Translations under genes and position numbers: made by a program
From: Gekko japonicus
Lineage: Eukaryota
Reading direction: 5' to 3'
DNA: 64,000 nucleotides
Assembly (NCBI RefSeq): GCF_001447785.1
Contig: NW_015173122.1
Coordinates: forward strand, 755,541 to 819,540
In this document: positions 59,301 through 64,000 of the stretch, piece by piece
Layout of the letters: each line of letters starts with the position of its first letter
How positions within the stretch are numbered: position 1 is the first letter of the stretch
Notes under the pieces: model-generated
Databases searched by the model: none
What the model was told of the DNA's origin: nothing
Seen by the model: only the letters and a program-made list of their open reading frames with translations

Positions 59301-61324
59301 TTTACTGCCGGAGCCCCACTCCTGTGCGCTCCTGCAGGAAATGACCCCTAGTTCTCTCACCTGGCATTGAGATTTCAGGTGGGGTTTCCAAGGTGTTTGC
59401 AGGGTAGGGAGGACTCTCCTCCTGGGCAGGGCTGGCTCAGTTCTTGCCCCCTTTCCATTCAGGGTCCCTCTGCTACATGCTCCTCCTGTTTCCCCAGGGA
59501 CATTTGCCTTCTCTCCTTGGTCTGGTGTCTCCACCTTAGAACCTAAAGTTCCCTTCTGGATCAGGCTAACAGTCCAGCATCCTCTTCCCAGCAGTGGCCA
59601 TCCAGATGTTTTTGGAAAGCTCTCAAGCAGTTCGTGAAGGTGATGGCCATCCCCTACCTTGTCCCTGGATTCCGGGGATGAGTTAGACTGCCTCCGAATG
59701 GGGGTAGCTCTACTTGGCTCGTAACCGTTGACGCTTCCCATAAACTTGACTAAAGCTGCCTAAGCCAACAGCCATTGCTGCATCATGTGGCAGTGAGTTC
59801 CCTGGTCTGTCCCAGACTTCTTTCTCCCCGTTTCAGCTGGTGATGGGTGCATGCAAGAGATACTGGGCTGTCGCTCTTCTGAAACAGGGGAGGGGGCAGA
59901 GTGGAAAGAACGAGCAAGATTCCTTTCCCCCAACTCACCTTGGGAATGTCCTCTCCCTCCCAGGGAGCTGCTTAACAACGAGCGAATCCCCAGCCTCCTC
60001 CTGGCTGCCATGAAATCGGCCATCCGGAAGCAGCAGAAGAAGGTCCGTGCCAAGATGCTGGGGACGCCAGAGGAGTCGGGGAGTGGGTGAGTCTGGCCTG
60101 CCTTCCCCTGCTGCGGCGAAGGACCCCGTGGGGGCTGACTTAGAAACAGAAGAAGACTCATAATAGAATCATAGAGTCGGAAGGGGCTATACAGACCATC
60201 TAGTTCAACCCCCTGCCCAATGCAGGACCAGCCTAAAGCATCTCTGACAAATATTCATCCAGCCTCTTATTGAAAGCTGCCAGCGATGGGGAGCCAACCA
60301 CCTCCCTAGGCAGCTGATTCCATCTTGAGCCACTCTGGCCGTGAAAAAGTTTTCCCTAATATCCAGATGACACCTTTCTGCATGTAATTTAAGCCCGTTG
60401 CTTTGGGTCCTGTCTTCTGCTGCCCAGGGGTCGTTTCGTAGAAAAAGAGCTAGGGGAACTAATTAGCATAACTCATTAGCATATACCACACCCCCTGACA
60501 TCAGGGGCCCGGCGGTGGACCTGCAAGGCCGGCAGGAGTGCGAGGAAGCCCCGCCAAGGACCTCCCTGGCCCCAGGCAGGAAGGGGTGGGGAGAGGCAGG
60601 GAGGAAGCAACTTACCCTCCCTCTTCTCCTGCCTCCTCCTGGCTGAATGAGGGCCGGAAGCGGGGCGGCCGGAAGTGGGAGGCGGGGCTTCGTCGTGTGC
60701 CCTGCCCCCTGCACCTCACCCGGGGGAACTGCGATCCCCCGCGATCACCCCCGAATCGACCTCTGCTGCTGCCAACTGGAACGGCTCCTTGCCCTCCTCC
60801 AAATGATAGCCTTTCAGATATTTAAGGAGAGCAACCATGTCCTGGCTTGGGGGGGGGGGCTGCTTGTGCGAGGCTCTTCCCCCGTTTGGTTTAAGACAGG
60901 ACCATGCGCCAAGAGAGGGAGGTGATGCTGCGACTCAAGGAGGTGGTGGACAAACAGCGGGACGAGATCCGCACTCAGGCCCACAAGACCCCAGTAACAG
61001 AGATCAGAGAAACAGAGCAGGAAGGTACCCCCAAGGGTCATCTAGTCCAACCCCCTTCACAATGCAGGAAATTCGCAGCCACCTCCCCCCCACTTCCCCA
61101 GTGACTTCTCCTGAGCCCAACAATGTGCGGCACACAGCTGGGTAGCATGAGCTATGGGGGGGTTTGCTCCTCTCCCTCCGCCATCTTTCCCATGCCTCTC
61201 TTTGACGGTCTTTCTTTCTGGCCTCGTATTTCAGTGAGGAAGAGGAGGAAGAAGGGGTGTGGCTGGCTGCACCGGACTCAGACACAGTGGATGGCCCCGT
61301 GGCCCCATCCAGGATCAAGAGCTT
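50259..61324 (+). CDS. RILP: RILP (Rab-interacting lysosomal protein), exons 1-7; terminal exon not found in the window
   Basis: Exons 50259-(gap), 52826-52949, 56215-56336, 56441-56632, 57066-57235, 59964-60086, 61235-61324. Phases are consistent from exon 2 onward. RH1 start VYRLAGA, coiled coils, RH2 motif CFSKEELQQILQERNELKTSLFLVREELAYYQ, and KKVRAKMLGTPEE. Confidence 0.93.
50337..50879. other. Assembly gap (other gaps 2262-2309 and 42520-42580)
   Basis: Runs of N, two of them next to GC-rich or low-complexity sequence. Confidence 0.99.
51004..51352 (+). mobile_element. Sauria-type SINE
   Basis: Full-length copy with ACCTTT tail. Confidence 0.85.
52826..52949 (+). CDS. RILP: RILP exon 2
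   Basis: Polypyrimidine tract plus cgcag|; DGEQTLSEGQKREHLMQVRLAQVEEENQKLLAQLAGGQSQA; |gtgaga; 124 nt. Confidence 0.87.
53406..54058 (+). mobile_element. Possible solo LTR
   Basis: TGTGA...TAACA ends, TATAA near 53919, AGTAAA near 53973; TSD only imperfect (cctt). Confidence 0.45.
54064..54410 (+). mobile_element. Sauria-type SINE
   Basis: Full-length copy; TSD taacaccttc. Confidence 0.85.
55637..55970 (-). mobile_element. CR1 LINE 3' fragment
   Basis: DMIVLFKYLKGCHLEEG..RYRLDIRRNFFTARV; (ATTCTATG)n tail. Confidence 0.9.
55971..56152. mobile_element. Short TIR element (hAT-like)
   Basis: Ends cagccccgtagct / agctacgggccag; TSD aatcatgt/aatcaagt; absent from the duplicated segment at 60840. 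Confidence 0.8.
56215..56336 (+). CDS. RILP: RILP exon 3
   Basis: DRTTRQEREVMLRLKEVVDQQRDEIRAQAHEILSKSRDVEA; tttcag| and |gtgagg. Confidence 0.93.
56441..56632 (+). CDS. RILP: RILP exon 4
   Basis: LQEQLSRFMAVNEELRHKLAIVQAQLKKALEEKEGLENALLETSREGNRLNKVRGGREPSRPGT; ttag| and |gtaagg. Confidence 0.9.
57066..57235 (+). CDS. RILP: RILP exon 5 (RH2, Rab7-binding)
   Basis: DQGVAAAAAAPPSEEPPCRHQGGRCFSKEELQQILQERNELKTSLFLVREELAYYQ; cccag| and |gtcagt. Confidence 0.94.
57583..58350 (-). mobile_element. CR1 LINE 3' fragment with nested TIR element (57599-57959)
   Basis: Same subfamily as 17085-17480. Confidence 0.88.
58945..59350. mobile_element. About 410-bp hAT-type MITE, TIR CAGGGGTCATTT
   Basis: Perfect 8-bp TSD gttctctc. 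Confidence 0.92.
59964..60086 (+). CDS. RILP: RILP exon 6
   Basis: ELLNNERIPSLLLAAMKSAIRKQQKKVRAKMLGTPEESGS; 123 nt; |gtgagt. Confidence 0.93.
60160..60840 (-). mobile_element. CR1 3' fragment (duplicate of 55637-55970) with nested TIR element 60425-60765
   Basis: Same 5' truncation point and same downstream flank as the 55637 copy. Confidence 0.88.
60839..60990 (+). pseudogene. Partial duplicate of the RILP intron-2 end and exon 3, inside intron 6
   Basis: Near-identical to 56159-56310. Reads DRTMRQEREVMLRLKEVVDKQRDEIRTQAH. Acceptor changed from tttcag to tttaag; 3' third of the exon and its donor are missing. Confidence 0.85.
61235..61324 (+). CDS. RILP: RILP exon 7
   Basis: EEEEEEGVWLAAPDSDTVDGPVAPSRIKS; tttcag| and |gtaagt; 90 nt. 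Confidence 0.88.
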
Positions 61325-61818
61325 GTAAGTCTCGACCTGGGAGCAGCCTACTGGTGTGGGGGGGAAGCAGGGTGTCAGAGAAGAGAACTTTTTTTTTTTG
61401 CCTGTGGCAGATTTATAAAATTTCCTTTCATGTTGGTATTCTCAGGAAAGGGAACCCTAAAAATAACCTAATACACTGCATCGAACAATAGAGCAGGTGG
61501 CTGCATCGGAGCAAAGCAAAATCCAAAAATAAAAGCCATGTCATACCTTTGATGAGGTCTCACCATAGTAACACGAGCTTTCGAGTTCTCTGCTTAATAC
61601 TGGTGAGACATTTGATCAGTTACCAGCCCTGGAGGCTGCGTCTTCCCCTACCTGGAATCCAAAAGTACAACCTGGCAACAGTTCCATCCGGCACCACTTC
61701 ATTTGTTCAAGTCCGCCTGGCAGGTGGGTGCCGAAAACATCTTCCCACCCACCCTTTTTATCGTTCAGCTCGAAGGTTTGCTTGCTGTGTTTTGGTTGGT
61801 GCTCACACACGGTCTTAC

Positions 61819-62030
61819 CCTGACCTGGATAGCCCAGGATAGCCTGATCTCATCAGATCTCAGAAGCTAAGCAGCGTCGGCCCTGGCTGGTGTTTGGATG
61901 GGAGACCTCCAAGGAATGCCAGAGCCATGGCATGGAGGCAGGCAATGGCCAACCACCTCTGGACGTCTCTTGCCTTGAGAACCCCACCAGGGGTCGCCGT
62001 AAGTCAGCTGTGACTTGACGGCAAAAAAAC
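61819..62030 (+). mobile_element. 5S rRNA-derived SINE
   Basis: Well-preserved copy: cctgatctcatcagatctcagaagctaagcag..ttggatgggagacc. Confidence 0.8.
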
Positions 62031-62644
62031 CAACAACAGCAAATACAAGGTCTTTGGTGTTCTGGATTTCACATCGATAATAAAACCAGCACCAAACCGA
62101 CAAGCAATAGGCGTGGGGGCAGTAGAAGAAAGGGTTGCTAGGAGTCCTTGAGAGTGAGACCCACCCCCACCTCTCTGAGCCAGGTTGGTGTAGTGGTTAA
62201 GTGCGCGGACTCTAATCTGGGAGACCTGGGTTTGATTCCCCACTCCTCCACTTGCACCTGCTGGATGACCTTGGGCAAGCCATCGTTCTGACAAGAGCTA
62301 TTCTTGGAAAAGGGCAGTTTCTGCCAAGAGCTCTCCCAGCCCCACCAACCTCACAGGGTGTCTGTTGTGGGGAGCAGAAGGGAAAGGAGTTTGTAAGCTG
62401 CTCTGAGACACCTTTGGGTAGTGAAGGGCAGGGTATAAATCCAATCTCTCCTCCTCCTCCTCCTCCCCCTCCTCCTCCTGCTGCTGCTGCTGCTAATTCT
62501 TTCTGCACCCACTACCCTCTGAGTAGCTGGAAAACTCCCGTCCATCATATTTATTAAATTTTTAGCCCACCCTCCCCACCATAGCAAGCTGAGGGCGGCT
62601 TACAGAACATACATGTAAATGTACACATTAAAACTCCAAAATAT

Positions 62645-62995
62645 GGAGCTGCGGTGGCTCAAGTGGTTAAGACGCTGAACTGCAGGCTGTGGAAGGTCGG
62701 TAGTTCAGCAGTTCGAGACCCGAGTGTGCCGCATGATGGAGTGAGCTTCCGTCTCTAGTGCCAGCTCCAGCCAACCTAGCAGTTTGAAAGCAAGAAATTA
62801 CATGTAGATAAATAGGTACCACTTCACTGGGAAGGTAACAGCGTTCCGTGCGCCTTGGGGTTTAGTCATGCCGGCCACATGACCACGGAAACGTCTTCGG
62901 ACAGCGCTGGCTCTTCGGCTTTGAAACGGAGATGAGCACCGCAACCCTAGAGTCGGATTCGACTGGCTTTCAAGCAAGGGAACCTTTACCTTTAC
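62645..62995 (+). mobile_element. Sauria-type SINE
   Basis: Full-length copy inserted into an L2-like 3' remnant. Confidence 0.85.
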
Positions 62996-64000
62996 TCAGG
63001 ACATAGATGTAATAAAATATGGCGGCTTTATCTCAGCATTTCAATGGTCGCCTACCCCTTGGTCCAGGCTCCTGCCAGGCTGTTGGTCGTCAGGTTGGTG
63101 ATGACATTGATGTTTGGGCCAGGGCCATGATGTTAAAGGTGGCACCCTAATCGAAGGCCTGTTGGAAGAGCTCCATTTTTCAGGCCCTGCGGAACTGCAA
63201 AAGGTCCCGCAGGGCCCTGATGTCGTCCAGGAGCTCATATGGATGACCAAATCTTTCCTGGGCTTAGCGGTTTTGTACCATATCGGCTGTCGTGGCTTCC
63301 CTATGAGAATCCTGATGTTTGTAATTTGGGGAGAAAGTTAGACTCCTCTGACTGGCTGCCTCCCACCCTGAATGGTTATTATGTAAGTATTGCTCTACAG
63401 AAGTCATTCACAGCAACTGGATTGTCCTGTGTAGACAAGGCACTTCATTCCCATGATTGCTACATTATAATAATGTGTAGTTTCCAACAAGCCTTAGAGC
63501 TTCAGAAGTATAGTTCCTGGCAGTTACTGCTCAACAAGTATGTCATATTGTTAGGCACAGGGTCTGTTTTTCCAAGGAGACTTTTACCTGTAGGGCTGGC
63601 TGTTTGTTTTTTCTTTCTGGAATTCTACTGAACACATTGGCTTTTATACATAAAAGATTCAAAATACCTAGAGTAAACAATCGTAGATTTAGAATTACAT
63701 AATTGCGGTGTTGAACTTTAAAATATAGTTTAGAATTGGATTGTTACCCGGAGCGGAAAGCTACGCACCATTATCGTTGTTCATCAGAAGGAGGATTATC
63801 ATAAACCCGAATTAACAACAACTGGATAGCCCTTTAAGGGCTGCTGAAAGAAATTTGGCAACTGCCCAAATAGGGTGCCTGTTGCTTCGAGAAAAAAAGA
63901 TTAAAGACCTGGAATGAGGCAGGAGATGTTACTAGGAAAGAAATCACTGACAAAATTGCTGTAAAGTTTGCACAAGGGCAGAGAATGCGTTAAAAGTTCA

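Noticed and set aside
61390-61471. Possible RILP terminal exon after tttgcctgtggcag
   Set aside because: The translation does not resemble the expected FGLWY-type C-terminus; the last exon is probably beyond the window.

Overview
Vertebrate genomic DNA, not microbial. The repeat content (Sauria-type SINEs, 5S-derived SINEs, CR1 LINE fragments, hAT and Harbinger-type MITEs) points to a squamate reptile, probably a gecko (inference). Three spliced protein-coding genes can be rebuilt by hand from GT-AG exons. (1) The 5' part of SLC43A2/LAT4 on the minus strand: CpG-island promoter near 20.7 kb, first coding exon 17548-17707, next exon 2197-2411; the gene runs off the left edge. (2) A complete 11-exon SCARF1/SREC-I on the minus strand, 43358..25864, 2442 nt, 813 aa. 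(3) RILP on the plus strand, exons 1-7 from 50259 to 61324; exon 1 is cut by an N-gap and the last exon was not found. Most of the remainder is nested transposable elements, and most ORFs in the supplied track are spurious. I found no convincing new protein-coding system. The most unusual signals involve splicing and repeats: a 20-unit minisatellite built from the SCARF1 exon-5 3' end plus its splice donor; a CR1 inserted directly into the SCARF1 exon-10 donor; a partial copy of RILP exon 3 inside intron 6; a head-to-head SCARF1/RILP arrangement with two inverted NRF1/YY1-bearing MITEs between the genes; a MITE carrying a ready-made cassette exon; and Penelope-type minimal hammerhead ribozyme motifs.
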